A program made the position numbers and the translations under genes. A DNA stretch of 64,000 nt from Sulfuricurvum sp. PC08-66 (GTDB taxonomy: Bacteria > Campylobacterota > Campylobacteria > Campylobacterales > Sulfurimonadaceae): the NCBI GenBank assembly GCA_000830255.1, contig JQIT01000002.1, forward strand, positions 181,020 to 245,019. The letters are read 5' to 3'. Below the pieces are notes generated by a model. It worked only from the letters and a program-made list of their open reading frames with translations. It was not told where the DNA came from and did no database searches. Every line of letters starts with the position of its first letter. Positions within the stretch are counted from its first letter, which is position 1. Below are positions 29,644 to 38,146 of this stretch, one piece after another.

Positions 29644-30201
29644 TTAGTGTGCTGAAACAGTGGTGCGAAACGCTACATCAGAAAAATAGGTAGGAAACGC
29701 AAAATCGACGCTAAAAGCGCGACGCTCTTCGGGTTTTAGATTGGTCGCGATGACTCTCTCGATAGTGATGGTATTGGGTTTAGCTTTTTTGTCCCCTTTT
29801 GCAGAGAACATCATCTCCCAAAAGTTATTGGTTTGGTAAAAATCGGTTCCTTTGACTGTCCCAGCAGCACTTCCTTTGTTGATAAGCTTGATTGAGAGCG
29901 TCACTTCCCCCACGGTAAAATCTCCGACATTGCTTACGTAGCCCGTAAATACAAGCGTTTCACTACGTAAATTACGCTTATTCTCCAAATCATCGATGGT
30001 CACCTTCTTGGTCTGTTTGTCCAACGAAATCATACCAATGCTTGCAATGGCGAAAATCGAAAGCGTCCATATCAAAATACCCACAGCCAAAAATTGTCCA
30101 CGTAGCTTTCGCAACATCACCATTGTCACAAGAACATAAAGTCCGCCTAGCACACCCAAAAGTAGCCAGTGAAAAAAAGTCAAATAGGTCATCGATAACA
30201 C
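29644..30201 (-). CDS. Small membrane protein, paralog 2 of a tandem triplet (hypothetical)
   Basis: 185 aa. Two TM helices, then LVFTGYVSNVGDFTVGEVTLSIKLINKGSAAG.... It overlaps the upstream paralog by 13 nt. Confidence 0.5.
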   Translation of the reverse strand: MLSMTYLTFFHWLLLGVLGGLYVLVTMVMLRKLRGQFLAVGILIWTLSIFAIASIGMISLDKQTKKVTIDDLENKRNLRSETLVFTGYVSNVGDFTVGEVTLSIKLINKGSAAGTVKGTDFYQTNNFWEMMFSAKGDKKAKPNTITIERVIATNLKPEERRAFSVDFAFPTYFSDVAFRTTVSAH

Positions 30202-30716
30202 TCCGCTTTTAAAGTTATAGTATGGTTACCCTCATACAAATAGGGTTCAATAGCAATACGAACCCCCAACGTATCACCTCGCACAAAAGTTTTTTCGAGC
30301 AGCGTCTCCCCCTGCTTGTAGGGCTTGAGACGATGAACAAAATTTTTGATGGGATTGTCATCTGTTTTGTGCACGTAGGCTATGACACGACAGCCTGAAG
30401 CATCCATCTTGCCCCCATAGGTCAAAACACCCCCAATCAAGAGTGCAGGCGTATAAAAGAGCTTTTGCTCCTCCTCTAGGACTACAGTGGCTCCATATAA
30501 CGCAGTATGTACTACTTTGTAGACACCAAAAGGACCTCCTAAAAGGGTCAAAAATCCCATCAAAAAGAGTAGCAGTGACAAAAAAGTTTTGTGCTTGAGC
30601 AATATCGCCAAGACCAACAAAATAACAAAAAGGAGTAGCACCAACGCAAACCCGACATAATCATAGGGAGTAAGCTCTGCAATAAACCCTAGTATCATCT
30701 CGCGGTAGTGTTGCAT
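30189..30716 (-). CDS. Small membrane protein, paralog 1 of a tandem triplet (hypothetical)
   Basis: 175 aa. Three hydrophobic helices, then a soluble beta-rich domain. Its start overlaps the hisIE stop. Confidence 0.5.
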   Translation of the reverse strand: MQHYREMILGFIAELTPYDYVGFALVLLLFVILLVLAILLKHKTFLSLLLFLMGFLTLLGGPFGVYKVVHTALYGATVVLEEEQKLFYTPALLIGGVLTYGGKMDASGCRVIAYVHKTDDNPIKNFVHRLKPYKQGETLLEKTFVRGDTLGVRIAIEPYLYEGNHTITLKAECYR

Positions 30717-31396
30717 TATTTTTTCCTAGCTGCCTTCTCTTCAAGGCCTCCCATTCCAAATCGACGCGCCAGCTCTTGGCGTACCAAATCAGGCGCCACA
30801 CCCTTGTCCGCCATCGCTACCAAGGTGTGATAGAGCAAATCTGCCGCCTCATAGACCATCTCTTTGGTATTGTTATCTTTGACTGCAAACGTAAACTCTC
30901 CCGCCTCTTCGATAACCTTTTTGAGGTAGCCGTTTTGGCCTTTTGAGAGAAGTTGCGCTGTGTAGGAGGTAGAAGGGTCTGCTTTTTTCTTTTCCAAAAT
31001 CGTATGATAAAGTTGCTCGACCACACCGTACGTCTGTGTCGTATCGATAGCCACCTCCATAGTTGTCTGCATCGTACTAAAATCAGTAAAAAAGCAACTC
31101 TCTCTTCCCGTGTGACATGCTACACCTAGTTGGTCTACTTGAAGGAGAAGTGTATCGTTGTCACAATCGAGTAAAAAAGTATTGATTTTTTGGGTGTGAC
31201 CACTTGTTTCGCCCTTTTTCCAGATGCGTTGTTTGGTGCGAGAAAAATAGTGCGCATACCCTGTGGACAACGATAGCTCTAGCGCCTCACGGTTCATATA
31301 GGCGTGCATCAGCACCGCCAAAGTGTGGCTATCTTGGACGATGACAGGTAATAAATGGTTGCATTTTTCCCAGTCGATACGATCAATGTTGTTCAT
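30716..31396 (-). CDS. hisIE: Bifunctional phosphoribosyl-AMP cyclohydrolase / phosphoribosyl-ATP pyrophosphatase
   Basis: 226 aa. HisI motif ...GETSGHTQKI...CHTGRESCFF. The HisE helical C-terminal half is present. Confidence 0.95.
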   Translation of the reverse strand: MNNIDRIDWEKCNHLLPVIVQDSHTLAVLMHAYMNREALELSLSTGYAHYFSRTKQRIWKKGETSGHTQKINTFLLDCDNDTLLLQVDQLGVACHTGRESCFFTDFSTMQTTMEVAIDTTQTYGVVEQLYHTILEKKKADPSTSYTAQLLSKGQNGYLKKVIEEAGEFTFAVKDNNTKEMVYEAADLLYHTLVAMADKGVAPDLVRQELARRFGMGGLEEKAARKK

Positions 31397-31468
31397 TGGA
31401 TTACTTTTAAAAGGAGTTTTATGCGGTAGTATCGGTTAATTGCCCCTCTACTTTAGAGGAGCTATCAA

Positions 31469-32533
31469 CTATTGAGCAGTAGAAGTGCGTTGTTGTGGGT
31501 TTTTCATATCAACCCAAATATTGGGGGTAGAACCACCAGGGGTGAGGAAAATTTTGGCATCTTTGTTTACTTGAAGCGCTTGATTGAATTCAGATTGGAC
31601 TTTCATCTGTTCAAGCTCCAACAAATTACGTGTCAAACTTCTCGCCACAAGGTCATTGGCTTTTGCAATACCCTCTGCTTCTATTTTTTTGGATTCTGCA
31701 ACACCTGCTGCTTCGATTTTTCTAGCTTCCGCTACACCACGTGCCGCCTCTTGTTGTTGAAACGCCACTTGTTTAGCACGCTCAACCTCTTGTTGTGCGC
31801 GCTCGACCTCTTGCTTGGCCAATTGAACACGTTCAATTTGTTCGCGCACTTTTTCGGGCAATCCAATTTCACGTAGCTGTACAGAGTGCAAAATGACAGG
31901 CTGATTCTCTAAGCCATGCACGTTTGCCATAAGCTCTTTTTCGATTTCTATGGCAATTTCATTACGTCGATTAGGAAGCGTCTCTGCTTCGTATTTACCA
32001 ATGGTATTACGCACGATATCACGTACAACGGGATTGATAATTTTCTCTTCCCAGCTCAAACCCCATGTAGCAATAGTTTGCGAAGCAAAACGTTGATTGA
32101 GTTGGTATTGAACCGTAAGCTCAATGCTTACAGGCAAACCACGTTTGTCCAATACCGTCACGGGAGGATTGACCATAATACCTGCCGAATCAGCTGTACG
32201 GTCTTGTACTTTTTTGAAATTGACAATACGTACTTTCGTATCGACAATAATAACCTTTTGGATGATAGGCATAATGAAGTGCAACCCTGGAATCATTGCC
32301 TCTGGCTCATATTTACCCGTCGTAACTTTGATACCACGCTCACCCTCATCGATAATAACAAAGGGTTTTGTAAAAAGGAAAAGTACCACTACTGCAATGA
32401 GCAGGTATACAATCCACATTTTGCCGCCGAAGTCGATTTTGGGCATTTTGGGCATTTGAGGGCCATTGCCCCCGCCATCACCGCCGCTTGGGCGTTTGGT
32501 GTTTTTGAAATAGTCGTTCATATCTGCTGGCAT
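31469..32533 (-). CDS. SPFH/Band 7 (stomatin/prohibitin/HflK-like) membrane protein
   Basis: 354 aa. Gly-rich N-terminus, one TM, SPFH core (...IIDEGERGIKVTTGKY...). Long Ala/Glu/Gln-rich coiled-coil C-terminus. Confidence 0.85.
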   Translation of the reverse strand: MPADMNDYFKNTKRPSGGDGGGNGPQMPKMPKIDFGGKMWIVYLLIAVVVLFLFTKPFVIIDEGERGIKVTTGKYEPEAMIPGLHFIMPIIQKVIIVDTKVRIVNFKKVQDRTADSAGIMVNPPVTVLDKRGLPVSIELTVQYQLNQRFASQTIATWGLSWEEKIINPVVRDIVRNTIGKYEAETLPNRRNEIAIEIEKELMANVHGLENQPVILHSVQLREIGLPEKVREQIERVQLAKQEVERAQQEVERAKQVAFQQQEAARGVAEARKIEAAGVAESKKIEAEGIAKANDLVARSLTRNLLELEQMKVQSEFNQALQVNKDAKIFLTPGGSTPNIWVDMKNPQQRTSTAQ

Positions 32534-32551
32534 ACTCTCTCCTTTGTGTGA

Positions 32552-33472
32552 CTACGAGACGTATGTCAAATAGTGTTCATATTTTGCATTGCGCCCAAAA
32601 ACAATATCGAAATAGGTGCTTTGCAAAATTTGTGTAATAGGTCCACGTGAACCACCTCCGATGATACGCGCATCGACTTCACGAACAGGCGTAATCTCCG
32701 CCGCTGTTCCTGTCAAAAACGCCTCTTCAGCTACATAGACCTCATCGCGTGTGATGCGACGACGCTCCACCGTGTAGCCCATATTTCTGGCAATCTCGAT
32801 AACGGTTTTTTGAGTAATCGACTCTAGCGTATTATCCGCAGGAGGTGTGACGATAACACCGTTGCGAATCATGAAAAAACATGCACCACTCGCCTCTGTA
32901 ACATACCCTTGATCGTCCAACAACAGCGCCTCATCATACCCACACTCGATAGCCTCATATTTTGCCATTTGTGAGTTGAGGTAATTGGCTACTGCTTTGG
33001 CTTTGCCCATATTAGAGGTATTGGAGGGTCGATTCATCGAGGCGATTTTGAGACGAATGCCCTTTTGCAATCCCTCTTCACCTAGATAAGCGCCCCACTC
33101 CCATGCTGCTAGAACAGTCTCTACGGGTGCCTCTTTGTGATATACCCCCATAACGCCATAGCCCAAAAAGGCAAAGGGACGAATATAGACATTGTCACCT
33201 GTAAACTCATTTTTGCGTACGAGTTCTTTTTGCGCTTCGTTGAGTGTATCGACACTGTAAGGGACATTGACCAAAACCATCTTAGCCGATTCAAGCAATC
33301 GACGCGTGTGATCCTCTAGGCGAAAAATCGCATACCCTTTTGCTGTTTTGTAGGCTTTGGTGCCCTCGATGACGCCGTTGCCGTAGTGCAATGTGTGCGA
33401 CAAAACGTGTGTTTGCGCCTCATGCCAAGGTTTGAATTTGCCATTCATCCATATAAATTTTGCTTCGTTCAT
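32552..33472 (-). CDS. ilvE: Branched-chain-amino-acid aminotransferase
   Basis: 306 aa. ...IWMNGKFKPWHEAQTHVLSHTLHYGNGVIEGTKAY... and a class IV PLP fold. Confidence 0.95.
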   Translation of the reverse strand: MNEAKFIWMNGKFKPWHEAQTHVLSHTLHYGNGVIEGTKAYKTAKGYAIFRLEDHTRRLLESAKMVLVNVPYSVDTLNEAQKELVRKNEFTGDNVYIRPFAFLGYGVMGVYHKEAPVETVLAAWEWGAYLGEEGLQKGIRLKIASMNRPSNTSNMGKAKAVANYLNSQMAKYEAIECGYDEALLLDDQGYVTEASGACFFMIRNGVIVTPPADNTLESITQKTVIEIARNMGYTVERRRITRDEVYVAEEAFLTGTAAEITPVREVDARIIGGGSRGPITQILQSTYFDIVFGRNAKYEHYLTYVS

Positions 33473-33553
33473 TGTGGTGTTGATTCCATTGTTGGGTTGG
33501 GATAAAAAGTAGGAGATTGTAGTAAAGATGGGTTTAAAACCATCTTTACACTG

Positions 33554-34006
33554 CTAGTGAGAGGGGGTATTGATCATCCAAAGTGAAAAAACATCGAGAT
33601 AATTCCAAAAGCTTCGTGTTATCTCTTCTGGCATCGGTTCACCCGATTGCGTAGTCAAATTTTGAAGCAATGGCATATAGAGTTTGAGCCAAGTATTACG
33701 CGCTTCCAAAGTGATACGAAACGGCGCATGTCGACCCACCATTTGGGGTGCTCCACGGTGTTGATTGAAATAGTCAGGTCCCCCTGTGATTTGAATCATA
33801 AAATCAGCCGCATGCTCTTTGGCTTTTTCAAAATCTTCGTCATCGATAGGGAACAAAAAGCGAATATCACTCTCTCTGATGGCTTCATAGTGCGCATTGA
33901 CAAGAGCGCGAAACTTCTCTTCCCCTAGCAGTTCAAAAAACGCAGGGTGTGGTTTGGTAACAGGAGGGCGAACGCCCATTGTTCCGTGGCTGATAGTAAG
34001 TTCCAT
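33554..34006 (-). CDS. Truncated (2/2) haemoglobin, group II-like
   Basis: 150 aa. ...FFELLGEEKFRALVNAHYEAI...FMIQITGGPDYFNQHRGAPQMVGRHAPFRITLEARNTWLK.... The RHAPFRI block and overall pattern match trHbO/GlbO-type bacterial globins. Confidence 0.7.
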   Translation of the reverse strand: MELTISHGTMGVRPPVTKPHPAFFELLGEEKFRALVNAHYEAIRESDIRFLFPIDDEDFEKAKEHAADFMIQITGGPDYFNQHRGAPQMVGRHAPFRITLEARNTWLKLYMPLLQNLTTQSGEPMPEEITRSFWNYLDVFSLWMINTPSH

Positions 34007-34072
34007 TGAGGCTCCTGTGTGTTATACTTTTTTCTCAAATTCATCGCAATCATAGCAAAAAAATGGATTTTC

Positions 34073-34258
34073 ATGCCCAATAGTGACGAAATTCTCAAAA
34101 AATATTCACACATCAAGCTTGAAACACTTCAATACGATGAAGAGGTCGATGGCGGTCCAATTCCAGAGCGAGACAAGCTTCTAGACACCAAAGAGCAGCT
34201 CAAAAAAGTTTTTGACAAACGTCTCAAAGCGGTATCGAGCGGCAAAACTGCACGTTAA
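34073..34258 (+). CDS. Small hypothetical protein (61 aa)
   Basis: MPNSDEILKKYSHIKLETLQYDEEVDGGPIPERDKLL.... Hydrophilic, no motif. The start was trimmed from the track ORF. Confidence 0.3.
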   Translation: MPNSDEILKKYSHIKLETLQYDEEVDGGPIPERDKLLDTKEQLKKVFDKRLKAVSSGKTAR

Positions 34259-34276
34259 ATTTTCAAAAGGTAGCCC

Positions 34277-34903
34277 ATGTTTACAGGACTCATTCGTGAA
34301 ATAGCCCATGTGGAGAGTTTTGCGAACCATACATTGCGTCTCAGGGCTGCCTATGCTCCCAAAATCGGCGACTCCATTGCCATAAACGGTGCATGTTTGA
34401 CCGTCACCTCCCTGCAATTTCCCACTTTTGAAGTGGAGCTTTCCAAAGAGAGTCGTGATATTTTGGCGTTGGAAAATTACAGCGGTCAAGTCCACATGGA
34501 ACCTGCAATGCAACTAGGAGATCGTATCGAAGGGCATATGGTGCAAGGGCATATCGATTGTATCGGAACTATCGATGGCATTACCCAGCGTGAAAATGGT
34601 TGGGATTTTTTCATTACCATGCCCGCCAAATTTTTGTCGCTTATGATGCCCAAGGGAAGTATCGCTATCGACGGCGTGAGTCTAACGATCAACGATGTAA
34701 CACCCAAAGGCGTGCGACTCACTATCATCAATCACACCATGCAAAACACCCTTTTTGCCTCTTACCGCGTAGGCAGACGTGTCAATATCGAGAGCGATAT
34801 GTTCGCGCGTTACCTTTTTCATATGCTCAACCAAAAAGCGACCACTACTCGTGATGCAACACTCTCATGGGAAGATGCCTACGCCATTACAGCACACTAC
34901 TAA
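34277..34903 (+). CDS. ribE: Riboflavin synthase
   Basis: 208 aa. MFTGLIREIAHV...GDSIAINGACLTVT with a duplicated lumazine-binding repeat. Confidence 0.95.
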   Translation: MFTGLIREIAHVESFANHTLRLRAAYAPKIGDSIAINGACLTVTSLQFPTFEVELSKESRDILALENYSGQVHMEPAMQLGDRIEGHMVQGHIDCIGTIDGITQRENGWDFFITMPAKFLSLMMPKGSIAIDGVSLTINDVTPKGVRLTIINHTMQNTLFASYRVGRRVNIESDMFARYLFHMLNQKATTTRDATLSWEDAYAITAHY

Positions 34904-35169
34904 TCGTGCCCAAACTCCCAAAAGCCGCTGCACTTGCGTACGACGCTCAAAAAGAGAGCGCTCCAAAACTATTGGCAAAGGGCCAAGGTCACATCGCCCA
35001 AGCTATCATCGATAAAGCGATCGAGCACGATATTGTTCGTTTTGAAAACCCCCAACTCGTCGATGCACTGTTGCGCATGGAGCTTGACACCCAAATAGCC
35101 CCTGCACTGTATGAGAGCGTCGCTACGCTCTTTGCGTGGCTTTACAAGGTCGAACAATCCGCGTCATAA
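34867..35169 (+). CDS. FlhB C-terminal-domain-like small protein (EscU/YscU/HrcU-family switch-domain paralog)
   Basis: ...PKLPKAAALAYDAQKESAPKLLAKGQGHIAQAIIDKAIEHDIVRFENPQLVDALLRMELDTQIAPALYESVATLFAWLYKV matches the FlhB-CTD signature (KAVAL.YD....AP.VVAKG.G..A..I...A.E..VP..E...LA..L). The true start is likely the GTG at about 34906, just after the ribE stop. Confidence 0.7.
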   Translation: MGRCLRHYSTLLIVPKLPKAAALAYDAQKESAPKLLAKGQGHIAQAIIDKAIEHDIVRFENPQLVDALLRMELDTQIAPALYESVATLFAWLYKVEQSAS

Positions 35170-35924
35170 ATAGGCTTTACCGTAGGATTTGTCGCGATTT
35201 TGTGCTCCATATCGACAAGGGTATACTCTTCAAGTGTGCTTTTGGAGGCAACTGTAAAATCTCGACAAAAAGCATTGTGCGCTAAATGTGGCAACAATCC
35301 ATTGGCATAGAGCGCCAAACGACTGCGAAGTGCGACGCTGTAGGTAGTCAACAGTGCATCGTCACGCATAGCTCTGGCAATATCAGCAAAGTACTCGACA
35401 CTCCACAGTAGCGGATTGACATCGGGCGAAAAGGGGTCTTGATAGACACCATCGATAGCGTTGGGAAGCGTAGGAATAAAATCGCGTGCATCTCCTCGAT
35501 ACAGCGTCAGCGTGTAGCTCTCATCGACATAGCTACCGCTCTCGATAAGCGTATGTAGTATTTGCATATAGGGAGCAAAAGCTTCAGGATAGAGAAACGT
35601 TTTGAGAGAGTCCAAAAGCGCCTCATCCATCTCAACCGAATAGAGTGTGACGTGCTTGTGCGCCACGGTATCGTTGTACCAAAGCGTCATGAGCGTGTTG
35701 TACCCAAGCCCGAAACAGATATCAAGCAGTGCTATGTGGGATTTGTCACGGTGATGCGAAAAGATGGGCACGATATGTTTATAGAGTGTCTCATTCCACG
35801 CACCATCTTTTTGGCTGTGATAGGCTTGACCGTAGAAAGAAGAGATAAGCGTCGCCGAACCGTCAGAGGTTTGACACACTTCGTAGCTACTGTCCATGAC
35901 TCCATCCATGCATTTTTTTGGCAC
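35142..35924 (-). CDS. MnmC-like SAM-dependent tRNA methyltransferase domain protein (DUF752 type)
   Basis: 260 aa. ...LDICFGLGYNTLMTLWY... (glycine-rich SAM loop) and ...GVYQDPFSPDVNPLLWSVEYF... (DAFFLDGFAPAKNPDMW-like block of MnmC). The start is possibly an internal Met (MDSSYEV...). Confidence 0.6.
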   Translation of the reverse strand: MPKKCMDGVMDSSYEVCQTSDGSATLISSFYGQAYHSQKDGAWNETLYKHIVPIFSHHRDKSHIALLDICFGLGYNTLMTLWYNDTVAHKHVTLYSVEMDEALLDSLKTFLYPEAFAPYMQILHTLIESGSYVDESYTLTLYRGDARDFIPTLPNAIDGVYQDPFSPDVNPLLWSVEYFADIARAMRDDALLTTYSVALRSRLALYANGLLPHLAHNAFCRDFTVASKSTLEEYTLVDMEHKIATNPTVKPIYDADCSTL

Positions 35925-36303
35925 TCAATAGGAGTGCATCATCGAGAGATGTTGCATTGATGGCTACGAACCCTACCTCCTCTAGGAGTGCTTTGGCTTG
36001 GGATATGTTCTCTTGTGCCGACCCTACGCGCAACAAAAAGAGTCCAGAATTTTCTAACGCCCTAAAAATAGTTTTGAGTTGCAATGCCGAATAGGTTGGC
36101 GCATCCCATATCAACACCTCATACTCTCGCGTACCCAAACGCATATTTTCTCCCATTTCAAAGATGCGCACACTTCCTGACAAAGGACTCAAATGATGCT
36201 CCACACTTGACAAGAGTGCTTCATCGCTGTGTGCAGCAATATAGGCCATTTTCAAAGAGGGAAATTTGGGAAGACACTCCACAATCATCTGCGATGAAGT
36301 CAT
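35887..36303 (-). CDS. Hypothetical protein (138 aa), operon partner of luxS
   Basis: No confident motif. Its start overlaps the upstream gene by 4 nt. Confidence 0.4.
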   Translation of the reverse strand: MTSSQMIVECLPKFPSLKMAYIAAHSDEALLSSVEHHLSPLSGSVRIFEMGENMRLGTREYEVLIWDAPTYSALQLKTIFRALENSGLFLLRVGSAQENISQAKALLEEVGFVAINATSLDDALLLSAKKMHGWSHGQ

Positions 36304-36605
36304 TCAACCTCACGTAAGGTACGAAAAAGATAGCCCTCCATGACATCATCGATTGTGGCACCTCTTGGGCACTCCAATACCGTCACATCGTACTCTCGAA
36401 AACTCTCTAGCGCTTGGCGTGTATCGTCGATGACGACATAATCCAAGCCTGACATCAACTGCGCCTCTACGTCATCGCACGCATCGATAGAGATTATCTC
36501 TCCATTTGGCTCGAAATGCACCACTACTTTGGCCTCAGCGACATCGAGACGCGCTATTTGCGCCTCATCATAACTATCACTGTTTAACCCCAAAAGCATT
36601 GTCAT
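36300..36605 (-). CDS. Hypothetical acidic protein (101 aa), operon partner of luxS
   Basis: ...[56 protein letters not shown].... Possibly Mth938/DUF498-like; very tentative. Overlaps luxS by 4 nt. Confidence 0.4.
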   Translation of the reverse strand: MTMLLGLNSDSYDEAQIARLDVAEAKVVVHFEPNGEIISIDACDDVEAQLMSGLDYVVIDDTRQALESFREYDVTVLECPRGATIDDVMEGYLFRTLREVE

Positions 36606-37108
36606 CTTCGCACCTTCTCCATATCGAGAGCCAAATCTTCATTATTCATCACGCCAATACTACGTTCAATGACTTTTTTTGCAATCGACTGCGCCTCTTG
36701 AAGAGAGTGCATCGTATAGGTACCGCATTGAAAGATATTTAGCTCAGGAATATCTTGCTGGTTTTGCACCTCTAGTACATCCTGCATTGCTTTATGCCAC
36801 GCTTTTGCTACTCTCTCTTGGCTTGGCGCGCCAATAAGTGACATATAAAAACCTGTGCGACATCCCATCGGAGAGATATCGATAATCTCTACTCCATCTC
36901 CATTGAGGTGGTCGCGCATAAAGCCTGCAAAAAGGTGCTCCATCGTATGCAATCCCGCCTCAGGCAATACCTCTTGGTTGGGACGAACAAAGCGTAAATC
37001 AAATACCGTGATGGTATCTCCACTGGGTGTTTTCATCGTTTTTGCCATACGCACTGCGGGTGCTGGCATGATGGTATGGTCAACTGCAAAACTCTCTAAA
37101 AGTGGCAT
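36602..37108 (-). CDS. luxS: S-ribosylhomocysteine lyase
   Basis: [17 protein letters not shown] and the metal-binding HxxEH motif. Start trimmed to MPLLESF..., which is preceded by AGGAG. Confidence 0.9.
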   Translation of the reverse strand: MPLLESFAVDHTIMPAPAVRMAKTMKTPSGDTITVFDLRFVRPNQEVLPEAGLHTMEHLFAGFMRDHLNGDGVEIIDISPMGCRTGFYMSLIGAPSQERVAKAWHKAMQDVLEVQNQQDIPELNIFQCGTYTMHSLQEAQSIAKKVIERSIGVMNNEDLALDMEKVRR

Positions 37109-37186
37109 CTGCACTCCTATCTTTGAGATAAATAGCGAAATATAAAGGGAAGTTGCCCCCAAGAGGGAGGCAAAAGAGGAGAGGGA

Positions 37187-38143
37187 TTAAATACGCGCTT
37201 CTTCACGGCGTTGGAGTTGTTCCCATTTTTTATCGACACGCACTTGCCACTCGTCCAAAATATGTTTAAATTCTGGCTTGAAGAGGTGTTTGAAGCGACC
37301 TTGTGCTGCCAAATACTCTTTGACAGGGATGACATTTTTGGGTCGATAGGTAATATTGAGCTCATGACCATCGATAATCTCATAAAGAGGAAATACCAAC
37401 GAATCGACTGCCAAATCGGCAATCGCGATAGTATCTTCAGGAGCAAATTTCCACTCAGTCGTACAAGCTGAAACAGCATTGATAAATGTTGGACCCTCTG
37501 TATTGAGACCACGTTGGATTTTTTTGACCATATCTTTCCATTTTGAAGGAGAGACTTGCGCTACATAGGGTGAACCATGTGCCGCCATAATGGCCATCAT
37601 ATCTTTTTTCTCTTTTTTCTCACCGTAGCTTACACGACCCGCAGGAGAGGTTGTAGCACTTGCACCAATCGGTGTCGATGAAGAGCGTTGACCGCCTGTA
37701 TTTGCATAAACTTCGTTGTCAAGGACGACGTACATCATGTCATGACCACGTTCGAATGCACCCGAAATCCATTGAAACCCAATATCATACGATGCACCGT
37801 CACCACCAAAGGCGACGAATTTGGGGACACGCTCTGGTTGCAATAGACGATTTTTGCGTTTGAGCGCTTTGTACATTGCCTCTGCACCTGCTACAGCAGT
37901 AGCAGCATTTTCAAATCCGATGTGAATCCATGAAGCATCCCATGAGGTATAAGGGTAGACAGCTGTACACACTTCCAAACACCCTGTAGCCGCTGAAAGA
38001 ATCAAATCATCATTGGTTGCATTGAGCACTTCACGTACGATTATCGAGTGCGCACACCCTGGACACAAAAGATTTGCCCCTTCAAAACGGTCTGCTGAAG
38101 TAGAAAACTCTTTAAGGTTTTTCGTTTTTTTGTTTTCAACCAT
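37187..38143 (-). CDS. porB: Pyruvate:ferredoxin oxidoreductase, beta (TPP-binding) subunit
   Basis: 318 aa. ...ANLLCPGCAHSII... and the TPP-binding GDG...N region. Helicobacter-type 4-subunit POR. Confidence 0.9.
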   Translation of the reverse strand: MVENKKTKNLKEFSTSADRFEGANLLCPGCAHSIIVREVLNATNDDLILSAATGCLEVCTAVYPYTSWDASWIHIGFENAATAVAGAEAMYKALKRKNRLLQPERVPKFVAFGGDGASYDIGFQWISGAFERGHDMMYVVLDNEVYANTGGQRSSSTPIGASATTSPAGRVSYGEKKEKKDMMAIMAAHGSPYVAQVSPSKWKDMVKKIQRGLNTEGPTFINAVSACTTEWKFAPEDTIAIADLAVDSLVFPLYEIIDGHELNITYRPKNVIPVKEYLAAQGRFKHLFKPEFKHILDEWQVRVDKKWEQLQRREEARI

Positions 38144-38146
38144 GGT

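Noticed and set aside
34019-34072. N-terminal extension (MLYFFLKFIAIIAKKWIF) of the small ORF upstream of ribE
   Set aside because: The hydrophobic extension starts inside the globin promoter region. The internal Met with a hydrophilic 61-aa product is the more plausible start, if the gene is real at all.
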